This document shows, piece after piece, positions 9,430-18,925 of a DNA stretch of 24,000 nt. The translations under genes and the position numbers were made by a program. Source of the stretch: an uncultured Solirubrobacterales bacterium (GTDB lineage: Bacteria; Actinomycetota; Thermoleophilia; Solirubrobacterales; Solirubrobacteraceae); assembly GCA_963734775.1 (NCBI GenBank), contig CAVTJE010000023.1:65662-89661 (forward strand). Reading direction: 5' to 3'. The notes beneath the pieces are model-generated. The model was not told where the DNA came from. It worked only from the letters and a program-made list of their open reading frames with translations, and made no database searches. Every line of letters begins with the position of its first letter. Within the stretch, counting starts at the first letter, position 1.

Positions 9430-9899
9430 CGCCGCCGGACCGCGCGCGCGACGAACGATGGCGTCTCGGCGCCGTCGGACGCGCCACTTCGCGAGAAGCG
9501 CCCGGAGCGCCCCGCGGTGAGCGCGCCGCGCCGTGACGCTCCGCCTTGGTCGATTCCGACGACGCCAATCATCAGTGAGACGCCGAACCCTAATGCATCG
9601 ATTCGTGCGCACCGCCGGGTGCCAACGGCTCGCGCTCGTGCCAGCCACGCAAGGCTGCCGGCCGCGGCTCCAAGTCGTTGAGTGCCCTCGGTTCCTGACG
9701 GGCACGCGGGTCCGACCACGTTTGAAGTCACCGACGCGATGGCGGCTCCGGAGCAACCGTGCGGAAGTGCGACAGCCTTGTTCTCCGATGCGTCTCGTCG
9801 GGCAAGCGCGCCAAGTGGGCGGCGGGTCGGCCACGACCCTAGTCGAGGGTGCGCCGCAAGTGCTCAGCGGGCAGCCGGGAAGCGGCTATCGTCCGGGAC

Positions 9900-11431
9900 A
9901 TGACTGCAAGCGCGGCCACGGCGGAGACGAACGGCTCTGATGGCGGGTTGCGCGATGTGCGCGTGGCGATCATCGGCGCGGGGTTCGGCGGTCTCGGGGT
10001 AGCGATCAAGCTGCGCGAGGCCGGCTTCGACGACTTCTTGGTGCTCGAGCGCGACGAGGCGCTCGGTGGCACGTGGTGGGCGAATACCTACCCTGGCTGC
10101 GCGTGCGACGTGCCGGCTCACCTGTATTCGTACTCGTTCCAGCTGAACCCGAACTGGAGCAGGATGTTCGCGCCGCAGCCGGAGATCCTCGAGTACCTGC
10201 GGCGCACCGCGCGCGAGCGGGGCATCGAGGGCCATCTGCGGTTCCGGACCGAGGTCCAAGGCGCGCGGTGGGACGAGGACGCGCAGCTGTGGCATGTCGA
10301 GACGAGCCGGCGGGTCGCTGAGCGCGCAGGTGCTCGTGGCTGCGGCTGGCGGGCTGGTCGAGCCGAAGTACCCCGACATTCCTGGGCTTGCCGACTTCCA
10401 AGGCGCGTGCTTTCACTCTGCCCGCTGGGATCACGACCATGATCTGCGCGGTGAGCGCGTCGGCGTGATCGGTACCGGCGCGTCGTCGGCGCAGTTCATT
10501 CCCGAGGTCCAAAAGCAGGCGGCACGGTTGACCGTTTTCCAGCGCACGCCCCGGCTGGGTGTTGCCGCGCCTGGATCACCCGCATTCCGATTTTCAGAAG
10601 CGTCTGTTCGCGCGCTTTCCGGTGCTGCAGCGCGCGGTCAGATCGTCGCTGTACTACTCGGCCGAGGGGCTTGTGCTCGGGCTCGTTCACGACCAGCGCC
10701 TGCTGAAGGCACTTGAGCACGTCGCGCGCCGGCATCTCGAGAAGCAGGTGCCGGATCCCGAGGTGCGCGCGCGGCTGACCCCGAACTTCCGGATCGGCTG
10801 CAAGCGCATCATGTTCAGCAACGACTACCTCCGGTCCTACGTCGAGCCGAACGTCGAGCTCGTCAGCGACGGTATCCGCGAGGTTGTGGCGAACGGCGTG
10901 ATCACGAACACCGGGCGACACGTCGAGCTCGACACGATTCTCCTCGGGACCGGCTTCCACGTCTTTGATCCGCCGCACGCGTCAGGCGTGATCGGCCGCG
11001 ACGGGCGGACGCTCAAGGAGCGATGGAGCGACGGTGGGATCCGCGCCTACCTCGGGACGGCGGTCGCCAACTTCCCGAACCACTTCATGGTGATGGGGCC
11101 GAACACGGGACTCGGTAACAACTCGATGATCAACGTGATCGAGGCGCACGCCGGGTTCGTCGTCGACGCGCTGAAGACGATGGACGCACGCGGTCTGACG
11201 AGCGTCGAGGTTCGCGAGGACGTCGAGGAGCGCTACAACGAGGACATCCAGGCGCGCCTGCAGCACACGGTCTGGAACGAGGGCGGCTGTAAGAGCTGGT
11301 ACGTCGGCGCGGACGGGCGCAATCACACGCTGTGGCCATCGTTCTCCGACGCGTTCAAGCGCCGGCTCGCGCGCTTTGACGAGACCGACTTCGTGACGCG
11401 CACGCGCACCGGCGAACCGGTCGGCGTCTAA
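9900..11431 (+). pseudogene. Flavin-dependent (Baeyer-Villiger/EthA-like) monooxygenase with two +1 frameshifts
   Basis: GAGFGGLG (FAD), FQGACFHSARWD (BVMO fingerprint) and GTGASSAQ (NADPH) are spread over three frames (ORFs 9849.., 10294.., 10559..). Frame changes lie near 10308 and at 10555. Removing the C at 10555 restores ...TPRWVLPRLDHP... Confidence 0.85.
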
Positions 11432-11760
11432 ACGACCCTCGGTTCGACAAAACGGGACACGCGAAACCCCGGAGCGCATGCCGCAGGTTTGCGTCTCACG
11501 CACGATCGCAATGCGGGTGAAGGCTTCGTCCGACCGGGTCCTGTAACGCTTCTCGGACCGATGCGAACGAGCCACGCCGACGGCGTGACCCGTATGGGCG
11601 TCCTCCAGCAGCGCGGCCCCGGTGACATCGCGCTGCTCCATTCGGTTACCAGCAGCCATCCGAGCTCACGATCGCTTCCGCCGTCGCGCCGGCTTTCGGC
11701 GCACGATCGGAATAGACACTATGGAGGAGCTGGCCCGCGGTTGTCGAAGGGTTCGGCACT

Positions 11761-11779
11761 CCCCGCGCAGTCCGCGGGG
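11761..11779 (+). other. Perfect 7-bp GC hairpin in the non-coding stretch upstream of the IS110 recombinase
   Basis: CCCCGCG-cagtc-CGCGGGG. It sits in the untranslated 5' end of the element, where IS110 elements are known to encode structured RNA. Confidence 0.4.
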
Positions 11780-11842
11780 TAAGTCTTCGCGCTGAGGATT
11801 GCGGCCTCGGCGCGGGGCCCACAAGCTACGAGAGGAGTGCCG

Positions 11843-13049
11843 ATGCCTGACGGTATCCGTTGGGTCGGTCTGGACGTGCACGCGCGCGAGTCGACGCTCG
11901 CGGTGTTCGACCAGGCCACGGGCGAGGTGCGTGACGAGGCGGGTGGTGGGCCGGCCGCACGAGCTGCTGGCGGCGCTGCGAGAGATCGCGCGTCCGGCGC
12001 GGATGGTGTATGAGGCCGGTCCGACCGGCTACGGGCTCGCGCGCCGCGCGCGGGCGGAGGGGATCGAGGTGGCGGTGTGCGCGCCGGGCAAGACCGATCG
12101 TCCGCCGTCGGATCGGGTCAAGACCGACAAGCGTGACGCGATCCGCCTGGCTCGGCTGTTGGCGGCCGGCGAGCTGGTGCTGGTCACGATCCCGTCGATC
12201 GAGCGTGAGCAGCTGCGTGATCTGGTGCGCTGCCGCGAGGACATCCGCGCCGATCTGATGCGCGCCCGGCACCGGATCGGGAAGTTCCTGTTGCGTCGCG
12301 AGATCTACTACGAGGGGCCGGCGGTGGCGTGGACGCTGAAGTACCGCTCGTGGTTGACCTCGGTGCGGTTCGCCGATCCGGCTTCGCGGGCGACGCTGGC
12401 TGATTATCTGCACGCGCACGACGTGCTGATCGCCCGCCGCGACCAAGTCGAGGCCGAGCTCGCCAAGCTCGCTCTCAGCGCCCCGTGCGCGCCGACGATC
12501 GCGCGGCTGCGGTGTCTGCGCGGGATCGACACGCTGACCGCGTTCGGGCTGTGCGCCGAGATCGGCGAGTGGGAACGCTTCGATCATCCCGACCAGCTCG
12601 CCGCCTACCTCGGGATCGTTCCCTGCGAGCACACCACCGGCGCCCAGCGCCGGCTGGGGTCGATCACCAAGGCGGGCTCCACGCACGCGCGGCGGCTGCT
12701 GGTCGAGGCCTCCTGGCACTACCGGCGCGGGCCCGCCGTCGGACAGGCGCTCGAGCACCGCCAGCGCGGACACGCGCCCGAGATCATCAACATCTCCTGG
12801 ACAGCGCAACGCCGGCTCAACGCCCGCTGGCGCCAGCTCAGAGACGCCCGCCACAAGCCCGGCGGGATCGTTGCGGTCGCCGTCGCGCGCGAGCTCGCCG
12901 CCTACTGCTGGGAGATCGCCACCTGGCGCGCTCATCCCGACCCGGTGCCGCCGGCGTCCCTGCCGGCGGGCGACCCCCTCACGCAGGCAGCCCCGCTCCC
13001 ACCGAAGCAGAAGACAACCACCCGCCGGAGGCTCACCAACTCACGCTGA
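11843..13049 (+). pseudogene. IS110-family (DEDD) recombinase/transposase, one frameshift
   Basis: ATG 11843 (GAGAGGAG upstream) encodes MPDGIRWVGLDVHARESTLAVFDQATGEV in frame 2. The remainder (VTRRVVGRPHELL...KTDKRDA...GIDTLTAFGL...KAGSTHARRLL) is in frame 0. An extra C at about 11930 separates them. Confidence 0.85.
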
Positions 13050-13508
13050 CACCCTCCGTTTGACACTTCCGTGCGGCTGGCGAGGCGGCCCGAGGCGGCC
13101 CGGCTCGCGCGCAGCAACTCCGCGATTCGTCGCCTGAGCAACCGTCCCCACCCGGGCGGCCGCGCTCGACAATAGACAGCGGACGTGCGACGAACAAAGG
13201 TCTTGGGACAGCCCCCGAATATGAGCATGACCACCGTCGCGAACCCGAGCATCCCCGGACCGCCCCGCCAGCCGCACACCACCAACGACGCAACCCAACC
13301 AGACAATGGCCATCAACCCCTACCCCTTGGCTCCTCCATATGGGCGACGTTGCGGGCGTCGGGGATAGCTGTGAGTCCCGTCGGGCGCAACCGCACGCGG
13401 CTGCCGACGATTCTTGTCGTGCTGCTTGGGTTGCCAGCCGCCTGCCCAGAACTGGGCTCTGCGATGCTTCGTCGGCTTGCTGCCCAGTAACGAGGAGGAG
13501 GTCGAGTG

Positions 13509-14552
13509 ATGCCGGGCCCATTGCAGGTGATCGCGGTGAGCTTTAGTCCCGGTTCTGACTTCCAGGCTCGGGTGTTGGCCGAGGTCGATCGACTGCAGGG
13601 CCGAGGGGTGTTGCGCCTGCTCGACGTGATCTTCGTCGCCAAGAATGAGGACGGCACGATCGAGCCCGTGGTCGTCGGCGGCGACGACGACCTTGGCGCG
13701 CTTCTGTCGGGGATCTTGCCGCTTGGCGGCGGTGGTCTTGTCGAGCCGACGGGGGACGTTGACTCGTCGGGTTTTGCTCTGGCTGACGCGTGGGCGATGG
13801 CAGAGTCGTTGTTGCCTGGGACGGCGCTCGCTGTGCTGCTCGTCGAGCACGGCTGGGCGCAGGCGCTCTTCAATGCGGTCGCTGAGTCTGGTGGGGCGCT
13901 GTTGGGGGAGGGCTTTCTCACCGCCGAGGCCGGGTTGGTGGTTGGGGCCGAGGTCGCGGCGCTGGAGGAGGCGGCTGAGGTGATTGCGGCCGCGCACGCC
14001 GCCGAAGCCCGGGCGACGCTGGCCGCTATGGCGGCAGAGGCCAAGGCAGCCGATGCGATCGCAGCTTCAGAGGCGATCGTCGCCGGTGCGGCCGCTGTCG
14101 CGGTTCGAGCGTTGATCGACGCCGGCATAGTGCAGGAGGCCGCCGCCCACGAGGCCGTTGAGGCCTTAAACGCCGCCGGCCTGATGGTCGCGGCGGCAGA
14201 CCAGGGCGCGGCCGAGGCCGTCGCCGAGGACGCCGCGGCAGTGCGGACCGCCGACGAGGCCGCCGCGGAGGCGGTCGCGCAAGACGCGACAGAAGTGATC
14301 GTCGCCGACCAAGCAGCGGCGGAGGCGGTCGCCGGAGCTGCCGCGAAATTCGCCGCTGCGTCGATCACCGTGGCTGAGGCGCGAGTCCTCCGCTACCTGC
14401 CGACGCGTTTGACCTTCGCGCTGATCGCGGACAAGCTGGGGATCTCTCGCTCAGCGGCAAAGGAACGAGCCGAGCGCACCTACAAGAAGCTCGGGGTGCA
14501 CAACCGCGCCGATGCAGTCAAACGGGCACGAGCGCTGGGGGTGATCGACTGA
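13509..14552 (+). CDS. Transcriptional regulator: DUF6325-like N-terminal domain, Ala-rich spacer, C-terminal LuxR/GerE HTH
   Basis: Strong RBS AGGAGGAGG at 13492-13500. The N-terminus GPLQVIAVSFSPGSDFQARVL...LRLLDVIFVAKNEDGTIEP and LPGTALAVLLVEHGWAQ resemble the DUF6325 pattern (from memory). The C-terminus is LTFALIADKLGISRSAAKERAERTYKKLGVHNRADAV (LuxR-type HTH). Confidence 0.8.
   Translation: MPGPLQVIAVSFSPGSDFQARVLAEVDRLQGRGVLRLLDVIFVAKNEDGTIEPVVVGGDDDLGALLSGILPLGGGGLVEPTGDVDSSGFALADAWAMAESLLPGTALAVLLVEHGWAQALFNAVAESGGALLGEGFLTAEAGLVVGAEVAALEEAAEVIAAAHAAEARATLAAMAAEAKAADAIAASEAIVAGAAAVAVRALIDAGIVQEAAAHEAVEALNAAGLMVAAADQGAAEAVAEDAAAVRTADEAAAEAVAQDATEVIVADQAAAEAVAGAAAKFAAASITVAEARVLRYLPTRLTFALIADKLGISRSAAKERAERTYKKLGVHNRADAVKRARALGVID
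14199..14340 (+). repeat. Imperfect intragenic repeats encoding (D/Q)xAAAEAVA units
   Basis: DQGAAEAVAEDAAAVRTADEAAAEAVAQDATEVIVADQAAAEAVAGAAA; the recurring element at DNA level is gcggaggc(g/c)gtcgc. Confidence 0.55.
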
Positions 14553-15275
14553 CCCTCGACACCTTTCCTCAGGCAGCCGCGACGCCGTCGGTTGCCGAGC
14601 GGCCAGACACGCGGCGCCGAACCGGACTTCTGGGACGATAAACCGGGCACCCGAACCGCTGCACACCAGTTCGTAGACCCAAGCGCTCGATCACAATGTA
14701 CGCCGGACCACAGGTCGCGAAGGCGACCTTGGGATGAGGCACCGCGCCCTCCCGTGCTGTGTTCGGTGAACATTCCCGATCGCACACCGATGAGAACCGC
14801 CGATCCGTCGAGACCGCGCACCGCGCGGACCTGGTCTTGCGAGGTCTCGGACATTCGGCCTCGGCCTTCCCTCTCCTGCACGGAAAGGGCGCGTGTGGAG
14901 ACGATCGCATTCGTCCCCGACCGGCGGCACGGCCAGCGAGCGCTTCGGCGACGTAGGAGTGCTCCGCCGTGCAGACATCGGACGCTTGATTCGCCACGAC
15001 GGAAAGTCAAGTCTTGGGTACCGGTTTTTTGGGGGTGCAACGGGTCGGGTGGTGGTCGCGGAGGGCGTTAGATCGTCTCCTGTGAGCCCGTTCTGTTCGG
15101 GCGAGGTGTCGAGCAGCGGGTTTGGGCCGGTATTTGGGCAGCCGGGGTTGTCGCCGGTCTTGCCAGCGTGCTTGTGGAGGCGTAGGTTGTTGGTCGGGCG
15201 CGAGCCGATGACGTAGCGAAGCGCAGACGTCAGGAGCTTGTGGTCTGCCGCGCGGCTTGTGCCTCTTTGAGTGAC

Positions 15276-16534
15276 TTAATCTATGCGCGCTCCGGTGTCA
15301 CGCTCGCGCCCGCTTTCTCTGGCTGGTGCGCCGGCTTGTTGGTCTTGGACCATGCGCTTGTAGGAGGTCTCGGCTTGCTGGGCGAGCTCGAGCTCGGCGT
15401 CGCGCATGAGGTCGTTGGTCGACCAGATCGCCGGCGGCGCGGCGGCGTGTATTTGGGTGCGCCGGCGGTGATCTCGAGGCGGCGGAGCTTCTTGCGCGGT
15501 CAGCGAGGGTTGCTGGTGGGCGTAGTCCTCGTGAGCGGGTGAGCATGCACCAGAACAGGATCGCGAGCTTGCGGGCGGTCGCGACGATCGCCTTGCCGTG
15601 ACCGCGGCGGGCTCGGGTGCGCTCATAGAAGCGCGTGCAGCGGCCCGGGCTGCAGCACCGCGCGTCCACGCCGCCTCGACCAGCGCCCAGCGCGCGGACG
15701 GCGAGCCGCGCTTTGAGATCCGGCCGCTGCGCGCCGGCCCTTCGCCGGACTGGCTTGACCCGCGGGTCCAGGCCGAGGTAGGCGACGAGCTTGCGGCTGG
15801 TCAGGAACCGGTACGGGTTCGCCGATCGCGGCGATGAACGACGCGGCGCAGATCAGGTTCACGCCGGGCACGGTCATCAGCCGCCGGATCTCCGGCCAGG
15901 ACAGCGCCTGCTGGGCGATCAGCCTCTCGACCGCCGCGATCTCCGCGTCGAGGAACTCGATGTGGCGCATCGCCGCGTCGACCGACTCGCGCTCCTCGAG
16001 CGGCAGCTCCAGCCCCGCGAGCCACTGGCCGACCTTTGACGCCGAACAGGTCCGAGCACGGCGGCTTGCCCTGCAGCCGGCGCTGCAGCACGGCGTGGAT
16101 CTCGTTCTTGGCCCGCGATGCGGGAGCGCACCAGCTGCTCACGGCGCGCCAGCCGCCGGCGCAGGATCCGGCAGCGCTCATCGGGCATCCACACCGCCTC
16201 GAGCTCGCCCCGCCACAGCAAGCTCGCCAACGCCCGCGCGTCGAGCTTGTCCGTCTTCGCCCGCGCGCTGCGTGATCCCGGTGTCGTCGGGCTGAGACCA
16301 CGACCACCCGGTTGACGTGCGGCTCGAGGATCCGGGCGACCTCCCAGCAGCTGCCCGTCACCTCCAACGCCACCCGGTCCGAGCGCCAGCAGGCTCTCGC
16401 GCCAGCGTCGCGACCCCCTCCGGCGTCGCCGGCACCCGACCCGCCGAGCGCACCTCGCCGTCCTCACAGATCGCGACCTCGCAGAAGTCGCGGTGCACGT
16501 CCAGACCGATCGCGCGACCGACCCATCTCGGCAC
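15276..16534 (-). pseudogene. Second IS110-family recombinase, multiply frameshifted
   Basis: Recognisable segments (VGRAIGLDVHRDFCEVAI; VALEVTGSCWEVARILEPH; AKTDKLDARALASLLWRGELEAVWMPDE; AKNEIHAVLQRRL; MTVPGVNLICAASFIAAIGEP; RGHGKAIVATARKLAILFWCML; NDLMRDAELELAQQAE) are scattered over all three minus-strand frames. At least about 8 frame changes are needed. It is a different lineage from the first IS110 copy. Confidence 0.85.
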
Positions 16535-16688
16535 TCGCCACCTCTCACCTCCATCACTCGGTTGACAGTGCGGGAGAACCAGCGGGACAACGACACAGAC
16601 CGATACGAGCTCGCAGCTCAATCCAGGCAAGTCGCAGGGGCGGCCGAACGAAAAGCCCGGGCTCGAAGCCCATCGATCAAAACGGGTT

Positions 16689-16720
16689 GAGTCGCCGGGG
16701 GAGTTTCACCCCCGGCGCTC
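16689..16720 (-). ncRNA. Group II intron domain V-like hairpin
   Basis: Minus strand GAGCGCCGGGGG-TGAAACT-CCCCCGGCGACTC: an AGC triad at the base, a bulged lower helix, a 7-bp upper helix and a GAAA-containing loop. It starts about 40 nt downstream of the RT stop codon. Confidence 0.6.
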
Positions 16721-16760
16721 GCAGATCCCGGCGTGAGCCTCTCGACTCACCGGGCTCTTG

Positions 16761-18024
16761 TCATCCAGCCGTTGGCTGCGCTCCCCACGCCCAGTGGGCG
16801 AACAGGCCCGGTTCCCGTGCGGCGATCGCCGCCAGGAACCGGTTCGCGCGTTGGGGACGGGCGCGCAGCCGCTTGTACTTCCGCATGGCCCAGCGCACCA
16901 GGTAGACGTTGATGCGCTTGAGAGTCAGGATCAGCTCGGTCCGGTAGAAGCGGCCGTAGTAGTTGATCCAGCCCCGCACGGTCGGGTTGATCTCGTGTGC
17001 GAGGTCGGCGAGGTCTTGCCCGCTCCACAAGTGCAGCCGCCAGCGCTTGACCCTGTCGGCGGATCGCCTTCGCGGCGTCGTCGGAGACCGCCGGGATGAA
17101 GCTGACGAACTTCTCGCCAGCCCTGCTCCGCGCCAGTCTCGGCCGAAACGTGTATCCGAGGAAGGTGAACTGCTCGTGCTCGTGAGAGCCGGTGCGGTTC
17201 GAGTCCTTGCAGTACACGATGCGCGTCTTGTCCAGATTCAACTCCAGACCGACCTCCGCCAACCGCTCGACGATCGCGTCGAGCACGATCTGCGCCTGCT
17301 GCTTGGACTTGCAGTGCAGGATCGCATCATCCGCGTAGCGCTCGAACGGCACGTCCGGGAACTCCCGGCCAAGCCACAGATCGAGCGCGTAGTGCAGAAA
17401 GATGTTCGCCAGCACGGGCGAGATCGCCGAGCCCTGCGGGCTGCCGCGATCCCGTGGCGTGAGGGTGCCGTCCTCGAGTTGCAGCGGCGCTTTCAGCCAC
17501 CGCTCCACGTAGAGGAGGATCCACCGCAGGTTCGTGTGGTGAGCGACCGCCTTCAGAACGAGCGAGTGATCGAGCGAGTCGAAGAACGACTTCAGGTCCA
17601 AGTCCAGAACCCAGTCGTACTTCCAACACCGCTGCCGACATGTCCGCCAGCGCGTCATGAGCCGACCGTCCCGGCCGATACCCGTAGGAGTCCGGGTGGA
17701 ACACCGGCTCCACCTCGGGCTCCAAGTACAGGTACGCGACCGTCTGAGCGACCCTATCCGCGACAGTGGGCACGCCGAGCACTCTCGATCCCGTCCGCCC
17801 TTCTTCGGTATCTCGACCGCCCTCACCGGCGGCGGGACATAGCTCCCCGAGGACATCCGATTCCAGACCTTGTAGAGGTTCCCCTTCAGGTTCGCCTCGA
17901 ACGCCAGGATCGACTCCTCGTCAACACCCGCAGCTCCCCGGTTGGCCTTGACCCTTCGCCACGCCTCGCAGACCAGCCGCTTGGAAATCACAAACGGCTT
18001 GCCGTCCGGTTTCGGCTCGCTCAT
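16761..18024 (-). pseudogene. Group II intron reverse transcriptase/maturase, three frameshifts
   Basis: ATG 18024 is preceded by GGGAGGAG. RT motifs present: LGVPTVADRVAQ, LDLDLKSFFDSLDH, SPQGSAISPVLANI, RYADDAILH (YADD). Maturase X motif RGWINYYGRF and the LFAHW tail are also present. Frame changes lie near 17790-17800, 17650 and 17035-17050. No En domain was seen. Confidence 0.9.
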
Positions 18025-18746
18025 CCGGCTCCTCCCGCACCAAGTGCGGTTGACCATCGAGCAAGCCAGGATGACCCGTCCCCTTCGCTCCAGCCCCATT
18101 ACAGGGCCTTCATCGCTACTACGGTCAGGTCCGCCCCTGTGCCCCGCATCAGTACCCAGCCCCTCGCGGATCAGCCGCTTGGAGCTCTCCCTTCCACCGA
18201 CGACCGCAGGCCACAACCGCTCCACTGGCCGCCCATGGGCGCGGGACGACAGGTTCCCACGTTCCACACCAAAGCCCGGACCAAGCTCGCGCCACCTCCA
18301 TGCCGGACACCACCTGGCCAATAAGCAGGCACCCGCCAGGCTCAATCCCGGGCTGGGCAGGCCGCCCGGTTTCGATGTCGTCTATCGCAGATTTCGACAC
18401 GTCATCAGTGGATCGCTCACGCTCGCCTTCTTGGCCCACACCTGACGCGCTCACGGCGCGCCTTACTCCCCGACGCTCACCACCACGGCTCTTGACCGCA
18501 GCAGCTCGGGGTGGTTTGCGGCCTCCCCCTGCAGGACGACCGCGGAGGCCCACCAGCCCACGGACCGGCCCCTCCATCTCCGATGCAGCACCGCATCAAA
18601 CAGTCCGATCTTCTACATCGACCTCCTCTCCGCGTTCGTGGCACACCCTACCCGTCTGCGTTCTCCCAACAAGGCCCCTGTCCCGGATCAGCCGAACCTA
18701 CGGCCGAACCCGGACAGAGCCTCCAACCAGCAGTTTCATGCCTCGA

Positions 18747-18809
18747 AAACCGGAAGTCTCGGACACGACCGTTCGCGACGGATCACTGCGCTGTCGCTTG
18801 TAGCCCGAA
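18747..18809. repeat. Direct repeat copy 1 (63 nt)
   Basis: aaaccggaagtctcggacacgaccgttcgcgacggatcactgcgctgtcgcttgtagcccgaa. It matches 22039-22111 apart from a few substitutions, a 1-nt indel and a 9-nt indel. Confidence 0.85.
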
Positions 18810-18925
18810 CCACAAGCGGCTAACTGTCGGTGAGACGATAGTTCTGTTCGGTCTGAATGCAGGCCGTAGCTCAGACGGGTTTCAATGCCTTGCCGTTCCA
18901 ATGCTGGATCAGGGTTCGGTCCGTC

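Larger units (their letters stand above)
11711..13178 (+). mobile_element. IS110-family insertion sequence (boundaries tentative)
   Basis: Carries an IS110-type recombinase gene. The AT-rich 8-mer AATAGACA occurs at 11711-11718 and 13171-13178, giving a 1468-bp unit, a size typical for the family. The boundaries are inferred, not proven. Confidence 0.5.
16640..18648 (-). mobile_element. Group II intron (ends approximate)
   Basis: An RT/maturase ORF is followed by a domain V-like hairpin. There is about 620 nt of structured-looking non-coding sequence upstream of the ORF. GTGTG at 18648 (minus strand) is a candidate 5' end. The 3' end is placed a few tens of nt past domain V and was not resolved. 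Confidence 0.7.

Noticed and set aside
9430-9834. The 135-codon N-terminal extension of the zwf ORF, and the similar extension of WS/DGAT at 6654-6782.
   Set aside because: The Arg-rich, non-protein-like sequence precedes the conserved N-termini. Internal starts with plausible RBS contexts fit family lengths.
11432-11659. The 5' part of ORF 10982..11659(-) as a small gene or transposase fragment upstream of IS110-1.
   Set aside because: The ORF continues as an antisense shadow through the monooxygenase gene, and no recognisable domain was found. It is treated as non-coding sequence next to or within the IS.
13313-14368. 351-aa minus-strand ORF rich in Ala and Ser.
   Set aside because: It is the antisense shadow of the Ala-rich (GCN-repeat) region of the LuxR-type gene. 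It is low-complexity, with no motif and no RBS.
15068-15240. A minus-strand peptide containing TGPNP, reminiscent of the IS5-family TGPNPxDRGKxGxK motif.
   Set aside because: The residues after TGPNP do not match in any frame, and no DDE motifs are nearby. It is left unassigned in the orphan-segment finding.
16761-18024. The reverse transcriptase as part of a retron, DGR or defence-associated RT system.
   Set aside because: It has a maturase X domain (RGWINYYGRF) and an LFAHW tail, and a domain V-like ribozyme hairpin lies downstream. No template/variable repeat pair or msr/msd-like structure was seen. It is therefore a group II intron.
16963-18324. Long antisense ORFs: 16963..18324(+), 19133..20314(+), 11826..12935(-), 5124..6263(+), 1811..2608(+), 2659..3438(-), 3710..4369(+).
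   Set aside because: Each lies opposite a motif-supported gene and has an Arg/Pro/Gly-rich composition typical of stop-poor non-coding frames in high-GC DNA.
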